Shown here piece by piece: positions 1-13,977 of a stretch of DNA of 64,000 nt. Numbering within the stretch: the first letter of the stretch is position 1; each line of letters begins with the position of its first letter. Below the pieces are notes generated by a model that was not told the DNA's origin, made no database searches, and was given only the letters and a program-made list of their open reading frames with translations. Origin of the DNA: Octopus sinensis (lineage: Eukaryota). Position numbers and translations under genes: made by a program. The stretch lies in assembly GCF_006345805.1 (NCBI RefSeq), contig NC_043000.1, positions 71,982,001-72,046,000 of the forward strand. The letters run 5' to 3'.

Positions 1-183
1 CACGGTTGTGAATTTGGGAAGTTCCCTTTATACTTATATGGTTCCTGGATCGATCTCACTTTGATGTTTTCGAGCATAGTTCTGTTGACTTATGTCGTAT
101 GTTATGCATATATATGTTATGTATATTATGTATGAATATTATGTGTATGTACATGTGTGGTGTGTGTGTGTGTGTGTGTGTGT

Positions 184-214
<31 letters not shown>

Positions 215-1026
215 TGTGTGTGTGTAAGGTCAATAATTATTAAAAAAGATAACAAAAAGAACAGAAGTTTGACGAATACGGTATTATATTGACGCTTCGA
301 AATTTAAAATGAATGTGGAGAATCTTAGCGTTTCGGACGTCCTACTTCAGAAAAGAAAAATATATAGAGAAAACAAAGAGAGGAAATATGTGTATAAATA
401 TATTCCTCAGATGCAGGGATAGAGAAAACTATAACCCCCTCTTCAGCTTTCTCTGAAGACTTTGCGGTCATCAGGACGACTCACCCAAAATGAAATTGAC
501 AGGACAATTGCCAACTTTGTCTCCGCGAAAGACTGCATATTCTGCAACAAGCTGCTGTGGCTAGCAACAAGAATAATGATCTACCTTATTGTTTCCATCA
601 GAGGTATACCCTACTGATGAACTGCAAGCGACTGGCTGCCGATAATCCGGATAGACTTGATATACCCTAACCTAGCCTCTTATCTCCCACTATTCCATTC
701 GTTTTGTCTTCCTCTTTATCTCTTGCTATCTATTTAAAAATATAATTTAGCATTAATTGTTTTATTAATTGTTTTATGACTCATATACAAGGAAAATCTG
801 GTTATACCTAGATATGCTTTCACTCTCTTATTTATTGCCAAACGGAAAGGGTCAACACTCATCCAACATCTTGGAACATTTTCCCGAACCAAATTTTAAA
901 TTTTAAATTCACCCGAGGAAAATGGTTTTTCTCACGATATGATCGAATTATTCACCAATAAAAGACGCATCTGAAACAGCTGTAGTGAAGCTGTCATTCT
1001 TTCTTTCTTTCTTTTGTTTCTTTTTT

Positions 1027-1069
<43 letters not shown>

Positions 1070-1202
1070 CTCTCTCCCCCCTCTCTCTCTATATATATTG
1101 CTGATTTAAACCCAAGCAATTATTGTAATACCTATTACGTTACGTCAGTTGACATACAAGCGCGCGCACACACACACACGCACATATACATGCATATATA
1201 TG

Positions 1203-1420
1203 TGGAGGCGCATTGGCCCAGTATTTAGGGCAGAGGACTCGCGGTCATAGGACGGCGGTTTCGATTCCCAGACCGGGCGTTGTGAGTGTTTGTTGAGCGA
1301 AAATATCTAAAGCTCCACGAGGCTCCTTGGGGTGGTGGCGAACCCTGCTGTACTCTTTTACCACAACTTTCTCTCACTCTTTCTTCTGTTGTTCTGCTCG
1401 CTTAGCCATCGGGGTGGTAT
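1203..1420 (+). mobile_element. tRNA-derived SINE, family A (3'-truncated)
   Basis: Head GGAGGCGCA.TGGCCCAGT..TTAGGG...GGTTTCGATTCC (A/B-box-like). The same sequence recurs at 13774-13938(-), 32341-32647(-) and 45631-45920(+). Confidence 0.85.
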
Positions 1421-1439
1421 ATTGATTTCCTCTTAAATT

Positions 1440-1582
1440 AGCTGTTTGACAAAAGATGCCGATAGGATGTACTAGGCTTACAAAAAGTAATCCTGGGGTC
1501 AATTTCTTGGATTACACCCTTCAAGGCAGTGCAGCAGCATGTCCGCCGTCAGTTGACTGAAACAAGTGAAAGAATGAAAGAA
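1440..1582 (+). mobile_element. 3' tail fragment of SINE family B
   Basis: Matches the 3' part of 40718-41126 (...CTGGGGTC...GCAGTCAAATGACTGAAACAAGT). Confidence 0.7.
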
Positions 1583-1585
1583 TAT

Positions 1586-1664
<79 letters not shown>

Positions 1665-1667
<3 letters not shown>

Positions 1668-2132
1668 CCTTAAAGCCTTGAAACTCTACTCTCTCCAGCA
1701 TCGCCGTGAGCGGTACATCATCTGTACGATGTGGAGAATATACGACCAACTTTGCCCAAACGACCAGAACATTAGTTTCAAGGTTCATCCAAGGCTGGGA
1801 CCACGGGCCATACGTCCTCTACCCAATTCAGGATCACAGCATATAGGTACACTGCAACATAATTTCTTTTCCTCAACAGGCCCTGCCCTATTTAACATTG
1901 TCCCGAAAGATATCAAAGACGAAAAGAATCCAATCAACTTTAAACGGAGTCTGGAAAGATTTCTTCAAGGAATACCGGATAGGACACCCATACCTGGATA
2001 CAACTCACTCAACAAGAACTCACTACTTGAATGGACCATAAACAAAACTTGACTTAAACAGGATTTAGATAATCCTATCAGGTGGTGCTATTAAGTTAGA
2101 CATGGCCTGGACCAATCTTTGGTCGAAACATA
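1665..2132 (+). mobile_element. CR1/L2-like LINE 3' end (ORF2 C-terminus plus 3' UTR), 5'-truncated
   Basis: ORF 1678-2052 reads LKLYSLQHRRERYII...GPALFNIVP...FKRSLERFL..IPD.P, a typical C-terminus of APE-type LINE ORF2. It starts right after a (TA)n tract. Confidence 0.7.
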
Positions 2133-2467
2133 TCAATATCTATAAATCCGAAATGCGAAAAGTTTGTTTGACTGGTTTTGGCATTGGAACGGGTTAAAGG
2201 CCACTACATCCCGTCGGATTGACTCCAAAATTTACAGGGACATGTAAAATGAAGTGAGGATGTGAGTGGGCCAGGTTAGAAATCCCTATTTTAAAAGGTG
2301 TGGTTACTAGGGCAAAAAACGCACACTTTGACAAGTCTCCTCTCATTCTCTTATCTGCATGTCTTCCTCTGTCTCTCTCTGTTTCCTCCCTTCCTTTCAC
2401 TTTCTCTCTATAAGGACGTTTGACAGATACTACTATCTTTCTCCGCTACAGATACTACTATCTTTCT

Positions 2468-2527
<60 letters not shown>

Positions 2528-2557
2528 ATATATATATAATTTGTATATATAATGCGT

Positions 2558-2600
<43 letters not shown>

Positions 2601-2646
2601 ATATATATATATATATAATGCGTATATATGTACATATATATATTTA

Positions 2647-2695
<49 letters not shown>

Positions 2696-3974
2696 ATATA
2701 ATATATATATATATTATGTGTGCATTATGTGGTCGGTTGAGCTGAAAATATGCACATCTATGTTAAAAGTGCTGGCGAGTTTGCATGGCAACTATTCTTT
2801 TCCTCAAATGAAAGGCGTGACCTCTACGACAAAATTCCTCATCTTTTAAAATGTGGCCCGAATAGACCCGAATGTAATCGGCTTATATTAATCAAACAAG
2901 TAAAACAATGAAAAACTATGCCATTTTAATCCCAAGTAAGGTTGGGTATCTCTGTAGGTCTACTACATATTTGTGAAAAGGGCAGACGTTGTCTGACAAG
3001 TAGTTATACAGGCAAAAGTGTTAGTAAATATGGTAGGATTCAGTTGAAAATTTGCACACCTATGTTAAAAGTCCTGGCGTGTTTGCTTGGCAACTTTGTG
3101 TTTGCTCAATTGAAAGGTATGGCCTCTAGGGCAAAATTCCTCCTCCTTAAAGTGTGGCCCGCGTAGATCCGAATGAAATTGAGTTATTATACCGAAACAA
3201 ATAAAACAATGATAAACTTTTTTAATCCTGAGCAAGACCGGGTTTCTCTGCTATCTATGTATATATAAAAGAGGCTTTGGGTCAAAATTGTGTGCACGTT
3301 TTGCTACGTCAGAGGTTGGCCGCCACACCAGTGGTCAGATCGAGTTGAAAATTGACACAGTCATAGAAGGCGTGATGAGTTGAGTAGGTTAAAACTCAAC
3401 ATCTGGAAAGATGCGGTTCCTATGCTGAGAAGATTCAAGGGGACTCTAAGCCCCTCCAGATTGGCGCAATTGGCATCTAATCCTATCTATAAAATGAAGA
3501 AGGCGAACGTAGACACAGATTGGATTTTTATGTAAAAAGGGGTCTAAATGGGGCTGGAAGGGGATTCAAATTTACAGGAGGGGGTAACTTGAGGGGAGAA
3601 ATTGATTGGGAGACGTTTTGTAGCGCTACAGTGGTTGCTTTGGTGTGAAAACTAGGATTTTATTGATTTTGGGGGACACTTGGTGGTCTAGATCGGACAC
3701 CTTTTGCCCGATTTCAATCAAATTTTCAACATGGTAAAGTGGAAGCGGATTTGTAATTTAAACGCGGAAATCTAATTTTTTTATAAATGGCAGAGAGATA
3801 GATAGAGAAAGATAGAGAGTAAGAGAAAGTGAGGGAAAGTCCAAGAAAAAGGAAGAGTAAGAGAGTGTGAAAATGAGAAAGGATAGAGAAACAAAGAGGG
3901 AGAATGTTGCGATAAAAAACAGAAAGTAACAACCACAACCTCACCCGCGCGTAGAGCGGGTCACCTTAAGCTAG
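2133..3974 (+). mobile_element. Non-autonomous Helitron-like element (composite)
   Basis: Starts A|TC at 2133. Ends with hairpin ACCCGC-GCGTAGA-GCGGGT followed by CTAG (3971-3974). Has an internal ~310-bp duplication (about 2720-2950 vs 3030-3254) and degenerate internal end-like motifs. Confidence 0.7.
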
Positions 3975-4420
3975 TCAATATCTATAAATCTGAAATGCGG
4001 AAAGTTTGTTGTCTGATTTTGGCATTGAAACGGGTTAAAGGCCACTACATCCCGTCGGATTGACTCCAAAATTTACAGGGACATGTAAAATGAAGTGAGG
4101 ATGTGAGTGGGCCAGGTTAGAAATCCCTATTTTAAAAGTTGTCGTTACTATGGCAAAAAACGCACACTTTGACAAGTCTCCTCTCATTCTTTTATCTGCC
4201 TGTCTTCCTCATTTTCTCCCTCTTTCCTCCCTTCCTTTCAATTTCTCTCTATAACGTCGTTTGACAGTGTCTGCTATCTTTACCCCGCCACCTTCACTCT
4301 TTCTTCCACATCCCTCCTCTCTCTCTCTCTACGCCTGTCTGCATTCGTAGAGAGAATTATTATCGCCACAACCACCGCACAATCATGAGAACAAATATTA
4401 TGAATCAGATATTTATTGGG
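3975..4420 (+). mobile_element. Second, truncated Helitron-like copy joined head-to-tail
   Basis: The junction reads CTAG|TCAATATCTATAAATC. 3975-4280 closely repeats 2133-2440. Confidence 0.7.
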
Positions 4421-4426
4421 TTAATT

Positions 4427-4463
<37 letters not shown>

Positions 4464-4529
4464 TCTATATATAAATATGTATATATGATGTATATATACA
4501 AAGTGTATATACCTGTATTTATATATATA

Positions 4530-5690
4530 CTAGCTGAAGGTGACCCGCTCTACGCGCGGGTAAGAGTGTGGTTGTTACTTTCTGTTGCTTCCTTTCAGCA
4601 CGTAAAAAGCACCATCCGAACGTGGCGGATTGCAGCGCCGCCTTGACTGGCTTCTGTGCTGGTGGCACGTAAAAAGCACCAACCGATCGTGGCCGTTGCC
4701 AGCCCCCCTGGCACCTGTGCCGGCGGCACGAAAAAAGCACCCACTATGCTCACAGATTGGTTGGCGTTAGGAAGGGCATCCACCTGTAGAAACACTGCCA
4801 GATCAGACTGGAGCCTGGTGCAACCTCCTGGCTTCCCAGACCCCGGTCAAACTGTCCAACCCGTGCTAGCACGGAAAACGGACGTTAAACGATGATGATG
4901 ATGATGATGATGATTCTCCCTCTTTGTTTCTCTCTCCTTTCTCTCTCACTTTCCTCACTCTCTTACTCTTCTTTTCTCTCGGACTCTCCCTCATTTCTCT
5001 TACTCTCTATCTTTATCTATCTATCTCCCATTTATAAACAACAAAAGATCTTGAATAAGTTGAGAAATAAAATATTTAGAAAGATCAATCATAAATATCA
5101 GGCAGTAACAACGGAAAGGTCTGCTTCAAGGCAGACAGCAAAACACTAACATTTAAAAGGGACAGACGAACTTGCGAGCTGAATAAAAATAATAAAATAT
5201 TGGAAACCAAAGTTTGAAGGGATAGAATCTGAGGGTAGTAGAGTCAGCATGGCTGACATTTCTTAACGACGGAGAGCAACGTTTTGACAGTTTAACGGCT
5301 GGCGTAAAATTTTGAACTTGATGTAAAAGAAAATCCCTAAACACCAAGTTTTGAAGTGATTCTTTTTCACAACATACATACTCACCATGGCAAGCATTCA
5401 AAACTTCTTCATCATGGACGGCAACACATTCACGATTAAAAGGCTGGCGCAAATTTTTTAGCTTGATGTAACAGAGAATTCCTAAACACCCGCTCCTTGA
5501 AATTTTAATCCCCTTCGAGCCCCATTTAGACCCCTTTTCACATTTTGGTTAATATAACGCGATTTCATTCGGGTGTACTGGGGCCACATTTTATAAGATG
5601 AGGAATTTTGTCCTAGAGGTCACGTCTTTCATTTTAACATAGGTGTGCATATTTTCAGCTCAACCGACCACATAATGCAGACATAATATA
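4530..5690 (-). mobile_element. Third Helitron-like copy, inverted and internally deleted, interrupted by a SINE
   Basis: Reverse complement of the hairpin+CTAG|T end at 4530-4562. 4915-5040 and 5500-5690 are reverse complements of parts of 2715-3900. Confidence 0.65.
4590..4912 (+). mobile_element. SINE-like element, family C (3' portion, (GAT)n tail)
   Basis: Repeated GCACGTAAAAAGCACC motifs, GGCGTTAGGAAGGGCATCCA core, and a tail GGACGTTAAACGATGATGATG. Confidence 0.65.
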
Positions 5691-5738
5691 TATATATATA
5701 TATAAGCATTAAATATATATATGTACATATATACGCAT

Positions 5739-5779
<41 letters not shown>

Positions 5780-5808
5780 ACGCATTATATATACAAATGT
5801 ATACAAAT

Positions 5809-5864
<56 letters not shown>

Positions 5865-5989
5865 ATATGTAAAAAAACACAAACTGGGACAAGAACGCAA
5901 ATCATTTAGAAGACGATACAAAAAACACGGACGGGACATTCGAAGCCTTCAATCTTCAGTCAAGAACCGGATCAGCCTCGCAATTTCGG

Positions 5990-6034
<45 letters not shown>

Positions 6035-6040
6035 TTATAT

Positions 6041-6105
<65 letters not shown>

Positions 6106-6129
6106 TTATATATATTGTTACGACCGTCG

Positions 6130-6535
6130 CTCAACTCAACTTAAGGACATGTGATGCCTCCTTATTTCTTTCCACAAACCCTTAGAGTTAACTCTGCCAC
6201 CAACATTGAGGCCCTGGAAATAATTGTTAAGCCCTGGATAGACAGTGTATGCAATGGAAGGCCATATGTGTTTCAGTAAGAATCTGCGCTATCACACATA
6301 GGTCTAGTAACACAGAAATGGATGGCTGAAAATATTCATGATCACAAAACCCCGAACATTTAGTCTCCTAATTCCCCAGATCTCAATCCATTGGGTTATT
6401 ACATGTGAAGCGGTTTTGAGAGGGAGGTCAATGAACACGCCCATAACACCAAAGATTCTTTGAAAGCTTCCACAATCAGAGTAATGTCCAAAATGAACCA
6501 GGATCACTTAATTGGAGCATATAGATGATTATGAT
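6130..6535 (+). pseudogene. Tc1/mariner-superfamily transposase fragment (decayed)
   Basis: Manual translation gives YVFQ*ESALSH and *SPNSPDLNPLGYYM*SGFEREVN, corresponding to FQQDSAPxH and WPPNSPDLNPLDY. Confidence 0.75.
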
Positions 6536-6599
6536 CTCATACATATATATATACACGCACATATACGCGCACGCGCACACGCACATAGACACACACAAA

Positions 6600-6836
6600 C
6601 ACACACATGTATTATGTACATATATATATATTGAAATACTTTGAAATGTTTAACTGAGGAAGATCTCACGCAATGGAAGCATTTCTTACTATATATTACG
6701 CAGACCTGAAACATACATATTAAGTGATTTGAAAATATCACTATTTGGTTTGACTTCATTATTAGAATTAAACGACTTGATGCCTGTACACTCTAGCCAG
6801 TTCAAGGATTCGGAGCAATCGGTTTCGATTTGAGTC

Positions 6837-6869
<33 letters not shown>

Positions 6870-6871
6870 AT

Positions 6872-6902
<31 letters not shown>

Positions 6903-7140
6903 ACACACACATGTATTATGTACATATATATATATTGAAATACTTTGAAATGTTTAACTGAGGAAGATCTCACGCAATGGAAGCATTTCTTACTATATAT
7001 TACGCAGACCTGAAACATACATATTAAGTGATTTGAAAATATCACTATTTGGTTTGACTTCATTATTAGAATTAAACGACTTGATGCCTGTACACTCTAG
7101 CCAGTTCAAGGATTCGGAGCAATCGGTTTCGATTTGAGTC

Positions 7141-7176
<36 letters not shown>

Positions 7177-7180
7177 ACAT

Positions 7181-7210
<30 letters not shown>
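6600..7210. repeat. Near-identical tandem duplication, period 304 bp
   Basis: 6605-6840 repeats at 6909-7144, and identical ORFs start at 6759 and 7063. Confidence 0.9.
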
Positions 7211-7230
<20 letters not shown>

Positions 7231-7250
7231 ACATACACACACACACACAC

Positions 7251-7283
<33 letters not shown>

Positions 7284-7285
7284 TA

Positions 7286-7925
7286 CACGAGGGGGTACAC
7301 AAAAGAAACCGGAATTTTGCAATATTATTTTATTCACTTACATGTTTACACTTTTTATCGTCTTCAAAGTTTTCTCCATTCCACGCAATGACGCAATGCA
7401 TCGGTCCAGAGGCGTTTTCCACTGTCCTCGAACTCTTGCGAAGTGATACTTTTTAAGACCTCTGTCGTTTTATTATTCACCTTTTCCACATCTGCAAAGC
7501 GTTTTCTTTTAAGGACTTTTTTCATCCGGGTGAACAAAAAAAAAAGTCGCAGGAAGCAAGGTCGACTGCATACGGAGGGTGGGTAAGGGGGGGTCATACC
7601 ATCTTTGGTCAAAAACCGTTTCACACTCAAGGTGGTCTGCGTAGGCCTATTGTCGTGATAAAACCACCATTCTCCACTTTGCCATAGGTCGGGGCGTTTT
7701 CGCCTTACCGCGTCTCGCAAACGCTTCAGAACTGCCAAAATCTCTGGTTAATAGTTTGACTAGGAAGAACAAATTCTGTGTGGACAATTCCTTTCACAAC
7801 GATGTAACAAACCAGCATCGTCTTGACATTGGACTTCACTTGGTGCACTTTTTTTTTGGGGGGGGGGCGTGATGAGGTGATGAGATCGAATGCTTCCATT
7901 GACTTGATTGCTGCTTCACCGTTTA
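7286..7925 (-). mobile_element. mariner (DD34D-type) transposon, right part with TIR
   Basis: ORF 7364-7738 reads LKRLRDAVRRKRP..W.F.HDN.P...PPY(SPDL)...LKRKRF. TIR TA|CACGAGGGGGTACACAAAAGAAACCGGAATT at 7286. Confidence 0.85.
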
Positions 7926-9559
7926 CTTTACCGTATTTATCTAAGTCATGATAAAATCCTTAAGAAGATGCACAATGTTGTAAACGCATAGAATCGAAAA
8001 AAACCAGAGTATTAAAAAAAACAAAAACAAAAACAAAACAATATTTAAAAGAATCAGGAATTGAGGTTCATTCTTTTGAGAATTAACCTAATCTCCTCGA
8101 AAAGCAATATCTATTGTTAATATCTATTGTTGTTAATACTTATTGTTGTGAGTTTCAGAAATTTTAATTAGAAATACTTGTGACGAGAAAAAGTCAATGG
8201 CTAATATAAATTTAATCGTTTCAGTGCGTTCGAGGGACAGCATTCGATATGTTTCAGTCATTCGATATATTTCCTCAACAGCGCATAATACTGTAATTTC
8301 CGAAGACATAGTGGGATAACCACTAAGTAGACGTATACTATTGTGCAAAGAGAGATGTAGATTTACATTCTGCTCAGGCAGGACAAGCCAAACCATGAAG
8401 TAAGTATCATAATATAAAATCAAGTATCTAGTACATAATTACGACAAACGGCACTCAAGCACTTATAGAGGAAGAACAGTTACTAGAACTACAACACTAA
8501 AAACAACGAAGTATATACATATTACTACCAACCTCACCGGCCGTTCACCAGATTACACACATTCCAAACACAGTTACGGAAAAACGTCAATGCAAATAAA
8601 ATATACTGCTATGCTATAGATAACATCAAAATTAAACTCCTTTTTTTTACCCTAAACACTAATTAAGTTCACTAGCTTTTCTTCAACATCCACGAAGCTT
8701 CAAGTAAAACCATATGGTAAACGACACCACCCTAATACCGACCACCTGCCGTCATCATTATAACATAAATTAGCAAAACTAAAACAACTGTAACACTTCA
8801 ACTCAGCATCAAGCATCTAAATAAGGAAGTAACAATCAAAAGAAAGAAAAGAAGAGCTGACAAATATTTGCATCCAACATAAATCACAAAATAATAAGTA
8901 AAGCACTCTGCAAAAAAGTTAGCCGTATAAATAACTCTAACGCCACCCGGTACATTAACAACTTGAAATAAGGTACTTACAGCAAACAAATTCTTTTTAT
9001 CAGTTTGTCTTTCTTTAGAAAAACCACTCAAAGAAGACAGAAACATAACTAAAACTATGGAAACTAATGCACATAAAAAAAGGTAACGAGACTTTAAACT
9101 AGAATATGATTTCCCTTTATCAGAAGCAAAGGAAATAAGAAAATAACAAAACTTAAACTCCCCAGACCCTAATAAAATTGCAAGTATACTTGTAAAGCAA
9201 TTAGGGCTTGAGAACAGTTACTGGGTTCACCAGTATCTATACCTGTTAATGTCAACAGTAACAAACCCATAATTAAGAAACTGCTTAAAATCTCACAAAT
9301 TCGAAATTAAACAAAACCAATGAAAGGTAGCGTCAAACTAATAAATATACAATGAACACTCTCAATATATCTTTGTAGATACATCGTTGATATCAATAAT
9401 TTCTGCAGTCCTCTCTCTAAATCACAATTATGTTTCGGTCCTCTTTCCTCATTTGTCAAATTTCTTATCTACATTACATAACAGACTAAACACGCATGCA
9501 CACACACAAGATAAAATACGCTAGCTCGCAAACAAGATCTCAGATAATTAAACATGTAG

Positions 9560-10100
9560 TATACGAGAACGGTGTATGAAGAATTTGCAATTTTTCAAAT
9601 GGAACGTCAGAAGGATCCGTATTACATTCATCTCTATTTAACCTGTGCCTGATCGACCTTCCTACACTTCTACAAAACATATATATTACTCCAGTTCCAT
9701 ATCGTTCAGAAAATTGATTCTCAAATAACAGACTTACAGAAGCAAATAAAAATCTGCCGTCTCTCTTCTAACCAGCAAAGAATATCTCATACAACCGACC
9801 ATCACATGTAAGCACACTATAATCACATGCACAACCGAAAATATACATACTAGGAGTTTCATGTAATGCCTCTACCTCATACATAGATCGTAAACATACA
9901 CAGTGCTAACAGGTACAACATTCAACCTATAGAAAAAGAAAAATTATGGTATACAGACAACACCTTAGATCCATCATAGATTATTTTAGCTCTGTTCGAA
10001 TCTCCATTCTCTCCATAACTGACCACAATAAACTACAAAAATCACAAAACCGCAGGTTGCATTATAAAAGGTTGCACGCAGACCATTCACACAGACGACT
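9560..10100 (+). mobile_element. Highly decayed LINE reverse transcriptase (RT) fragment
   Basis: Around 9600 it reads GTSEGSVLHSSLFNL, similar to the RT motif GVPQGSVLSPxLFN. The rest is degenerate. Confidence 0.35.
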
Positions 10101-12201
10101 TATACAATGAAATTAAAATGCTGAAACTGAAAGACTACCTGTATATGGAAAGGGAACAGTTCATTGTCGCATAAAGCCCTAATCCACCCATGTCTCGCAA
10201 ACCATTCGGTCACATCTATGACTTTCCTAAAATCAATATCTTTACAATTCAATCTGTTGAAGGAATAAAAATGCACAAATACGCTGCATCCCGTACAATA
10301 ACCCATTGTACGTCAGAATTTGTTGCATGGCTCTTATCAAAGTGGAAGTTTATGTCTGTGGGTTTACTCATTCAGAGTTGGCATATTATGCAACTCAAGA
10401 CTTGCGGATACGTAGCTTAACTACTATCTCTGTTGATACGATGTTGCTCTTGAGGTACATGAAAGATTGATCAAGTTTCTAGCTAATGATGTCCCTAAAT
10501 TCCAAATTGTGTCTGATGAATTTCGTTTTATAACATTAACATAGTAAACAATATTTCTTGCGGCATCTTTCAGGCTGCTGGAGAAGTAATGATAAATTGG
10601 GTAGCAACACCCTATTCAGGATGCCTTGAAGGGGCCATGATCGCGTTCGTCGTCTTGCAAGCACGTACGTCATTTAGTCAACAGTTGACATTAGATGTCA
10701 TCAAGAAAAACTATCACATGCTATGAAAGATATAGACAGGTGGAGGACAAGGCCATAAGAATCGGAGTAAGCTCGAGTAGATGATGACGACGACCATGAT
10801 GATAACGATGATGATGATGACAATGATTATAATGATCTAGATGGAGTGAGAGAGATAAACTAAAAGACGTCAGAACTAATCATGTTCACAGGGGTATAAG
10901 AAATGTAGACAGATGTGCAAATTTATGGTGACTATTCATCGCATATCTCGTTTCAAAACACTGTCGAAAGGATATATCTCGCCAGGTGTAGTGACGTGAG
11001 TAAATGAAATTTGGTAGAAACTCTGCGAACTTCAGGTTCGATTTGTATGTGCGGACTTGTGTAACGATGCTAAGTCGGTAAGACAAAGTCAACACAACTG
11101 AACTTGTATGAGAATGCAGGATATTGCAAGAGTAGCTGAATGATCTTCAGATCGCGTAGTACTTCCTAATCTGGCGCATGTCTTGGTAATAAAATAGCAT
11201 TCCTGATTTTTGCTCGGCATGATGTCTCCTAAACTAGCATTGTAGTATGTTGTCAATTGAACTGCTGGCCTGCTGTTATTACCTTCAAAACTGAGGAGAT
11301 CAAGGTTACTTATTTTTTCCATGCCTCATTTAATAAAATGCGTATAAACCACTAGCCATACCTACAGATTTAACATACATATGAAGGCATTTTTGGATGG
11401 GTTTTGAGTTCCTGAGTTCGTCAGTCCTTTGACAGGTCTTGTTTTTCATTCTGTAGAGTATCCAAAATCACCTGCTAAATCGTGTGGGTAGTGTATCACA
11501 TTAAGTCTCTTCAGCTGCATGTACCATTTGATTCTTATAACGTGTAATAAATGACTGGCATTGACTGGCCTTGATCAATATGGTGGTCCCATATTGATCA
11601 AACAGTTGAAAGTTGTTATAATTGTGCATCCCTTTCATTTATAAAAACAACACGATCATGTTAGACTATTCGTTACTTTTTATGACAAGAGTTTAACCTG
11701 CTAACCGATATATGTTTCAGTGTCTGACCGTGGGCCAATAAAATCATAGATTTTGACATTGAAGAATTCCTTTGAGTTAGATCGAAAATGGCTTATAAAA
11801 TGACATTTATTTTATGAGTGAACGTTTGATAGAACATTGAATTCCCATTCAGTGAATAGTTTTAATTCCAGATCTGCTCCGGACCTATTCATAATTATAA
11901 ATTAAGAGAGATCCTTGTGTGTATTAGCTATGGGCATAGGTGAAGATGAAATATGTACACCGGTAAAGAGATCAAGCTGATTGAAATAATCAGCTTTCTG
12001 TAATATAGAAAATGGATTACTGTAATTTCACACATGTATGTACACACGCATACATACATTTGCATATGTGTTTGTATGGGTACACACAAATACACACACA
12101 CACACACACTCATACACATATAGCTTAGCTACATGTCTTCATGTAAATGCGAATAAATTCATATACATAATCGTACATACACATGTGTGTGTATGTGTAT
12201 G

Positions 12202-12232
<31 letters not shown>

Positions 12233-12694
12233 GTATGTATGTATGTATGTATGTATGTATGTATGTATGTATGTATGTATGTATGTATGTATGTGGTTTG
12301 TATGTATGTATGTATGTATGTGAGTGTATGTGTGTGTGAGTGCGTATGTACGTGCATGCGTGCTCGCGAGTATGAATTGTATGCCTGTATGTATTGCGCG
12401 GAGTATTTGTGTGGTATACCGGGAGAAACAGTAAAAACAGAAATGGATAAATCAAAACATACCCAGAGGAAACAGAATGCTGCGACGAGTAGATATCGTG
12501 TCATCATTATTGCAGTGATGCGATATAATGTTATATTAATGACCAAATCATCAAACTTCTGAGTGATGTCTAATTTTATAGTCCACGATGTTCACAACGT
12601 TCGCATACAACTAAAGCTGCTCTTTAAATACGAGAGTTTATATGTTGCACATATTAGTAAAACTAATTGTATGTATGCAAGACTGTACGTGCGC

Positions 12695-12762
<68 letters not shown>

Positions 12763-12767
12763 ATATA

Positions 12768-12800
<33 letters not shown>

Positions 12801-13286
12801 ACATATGTATGTATGTATGTATGCTGTGCTTGCATATATAGGCTGTGTGCGTGTGTATGTGTCTGTACGTGCACGATTTCCTCGTCACTTTCGCATATAT
12901 GTATACGTATGAGTGTGCGGATACGTGTGTGGGTACGTGTGTGGGTACGTGTGTGGGTACAGGTTTAGGTACGTGTGAGAGTACGTCAACTAAAACTATA
13001 ATTACATTGGATAGTGTTGTTCGGCTGAACACCAAAATTAGAAGCAGGAGGAAACATTTTGTCTCTGAAATTGTAGCAATATCTACACAAAGATTATTGT
13101 TGTTGTTATTGCTGATATATGTGTGTATGTGTGTGTGTGTATGTGTGTGTATGTGTGTGTGTGTATGTGTGTGTGTACAAACATATACATTAAAACAATA
13201 TAAACACAGCTATACCTGAATATGTGTACATACACACGCATTCAAATTAGATTCATAAATAAACATACACATGTACATACATGCAT

Positions 13287-13319
<33 letters not shown>

Positions 13320-13668
13320 ATATATACGACACACACACATACATATATATACATGTGTATGTTTATATTGTTTCATAGCCCAATTTTATCTCTTTGTAGA
13401 TCTTGCACTGTTTTGTTTAATGTGTCGTTCTCTGGGCGTGATTTGAAAGTATTTAGTAATTATTTTAAGCAGATCGAGCAAATACGTACAGGAATCCTCA
13501 TTGGAGTCTATGCGTGAAAGTGTATATGTATGCGTTTGTGTATGTATGTGTGCAGTTAAGACGCTCGCTTCGCAGTCATGAGGTTTCATGGACAAGTGTC
13601 TGCTACAATAATTCCAGGTCAATCAATGTCTTGTGATTGAATTTAGCATGCAGGAAATGTGTGAAAGT

Positions 13669-13713
<45 letters not shown>

Positions 13714-13773
13714 TTTTTGTTTTTGTTTTTCCAGTTTCAGCTCTTGAGCTGTGGCCATGCTGGGGCACCGCCA

Positions 13774-13938
13774 TTGTGGTGAAAGAGTACAGCAGGGATC
13801 ACCACCCCCTGCCGGAGCCTCGTAGAGCTTTTAGGTGTTTTCGCTCAATAAACACACACAACGCCCGGTCTGAGAATCGAAACCGCGATCCTACGACCGC
13901 GAGTCCGCTGCCCTAACCACTAGGCCATTGCGCCTCTA
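13774..13938 (-). mobile_element. SINE family A
   Basis: Reverse complement of the 1203/45631 SINE head. Confidence 0.85.
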
Positions 13939-13977
13939 CATATATATATATATATAGTATATATATATATATATATA

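Noticed and set aside
1203-1275. tRNA gene
   Set aside because: The tRNA-like head continues into a SINE body repeated four times in the window and has no intact cloverleaf.
5880-5995. CTGAAGA and CGAAA on the minus strand as a type-II hammerhead
   Set aside because: The segments that would form stem II do not pair. It is kept only as a probable PLE end fragment.
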